Positions 63,201 to 64,000 of a stretch of DNA of 64,000 nucleotides are shown here, piece after piece. The position numbers were made by a program, and so were the translations under genes. Where the stretch lies: assembly GCF_009914755.1 (NCBI RefSeq), contig NC_060942.1. The stretch is one strand, 5' to 3'. The stretch is from the human T2T-CHM13v2.0 reference genome, Homo sapiens. Every line of letters begins with the position of its first letter. Position 1 is the stretch's first letter. A model generated the notes under the pieces. The model saw nothing but the letters and a program-made list of their open reading frames with translations. It had not been told where the DNA came from and searched no databases.

Positions 63201-63479
63201 AATATAACCCCATAATGATGATGACCTAAGGCCATCAAGAAAAGGTACTTGCTATTTATTTGATTTTTGACCAGGCAGGACAAGTTATGACATATTCAAA
63301 AGTATTGAAGTAAAACATATTGCCAAAAGAATAAATTCTTGGGCATCTATAAAGCTCAGTAATCTAGAATACCACATGACTCCCAAGTTTAGGAAAGCCA
63401 ATATATTAATATTATTGTTAGCAGCTATCAGGATTTAAAATGTTTTATAAAAAGTCACAGCATTTAAGTGGAACAAATG

Positions 63480-63890
63480 AAGGTACCCACCATGATTCCT
63501 GGTGGTGGCATGCATGCTGGTGGTGGTATGTGGTAGGAAGAAACTGTGGATAGAAAGATTAGTTATGTGGCTCTTGCCGTTAGTTGAGTGGGAGTTAAGG
63601 TCATGAATCTGAGTCTGGGGACTGAGAGGAAGGGATGGATACAAGAGATGCTATGATGATTCTTGAGGATGAAGTGGTTAACTGGATATACATGGCAAAG
63701 AGGGAGGGAGTATTTAAAAGTGACCCCAGGTTTTGCAGCTCATGAGTCTGGGAGAATGTTGTTTACTACTGCAGAAATGGGACAGGCAGCTGATTTTGCA
63801 GGGAGGAAGACTGGCTTTGTTTTCGGTGTGCTGAGTTGAGGAGCTGGCGACAGACCTGGCCGGAGCTTGGACTTAAAGGCCTGGAGCACT
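63480..63890 (-). mobile_element. L2 fragment
   Basis: gggagggagtatttaaaagtgaccccaggtttt...gttgtttactactgcagaaatggga...tgctgagttgag. Confidence 0.62.
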
Positions 63891-64000
63891 AAGAGGCTCT
63901 TTCCGACAGTTCCCAAGACAAGCAAAGACAGGCATGCTTTCATTATTGTCCTAGCAAGCGCTTAATAATTAGTGGTTGATTTGTAGTTTTTAAAAAATTT

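Overview
Primate (human-like) genomic DNA, AT-rich and CpG-depleted, with no CpG island and no supportable protein-coding exon. The + strand looks T- and G-rich by eye and most old L1/LTR copies lie on the - strand, so the window reads as the inside of a long intron of a + strand gene that I cannot name. Much of it is transposon-derived: about 30 Alu/FLAM/FRAM copies, a near full-length Tigger1 carrying a nested U6 snRNA retrocopy, a near full-length Looper (piggyBac) fossil interrupted by Tigger4 and two Alus, a MER44A>MER2>Alu nest, MaLR and ERVL solo LTRs, and L1, L2, MIR and hAT fragments. The supplied ORFs are Alu frames, decayed transposase pieces or noise. I found no new biological system. 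The most interesting signals are two complex repair-like scars (an Alu split by a hairpin-capped insert homologous to sequence 1.6 kb downstream, and a headless, tailless Alu fragment between triplicated MIR segments) and candidate recursive splice motifs. Repeat family names come from recalled consensus sequences, not a database search; boundaries of old repeats are approximate.
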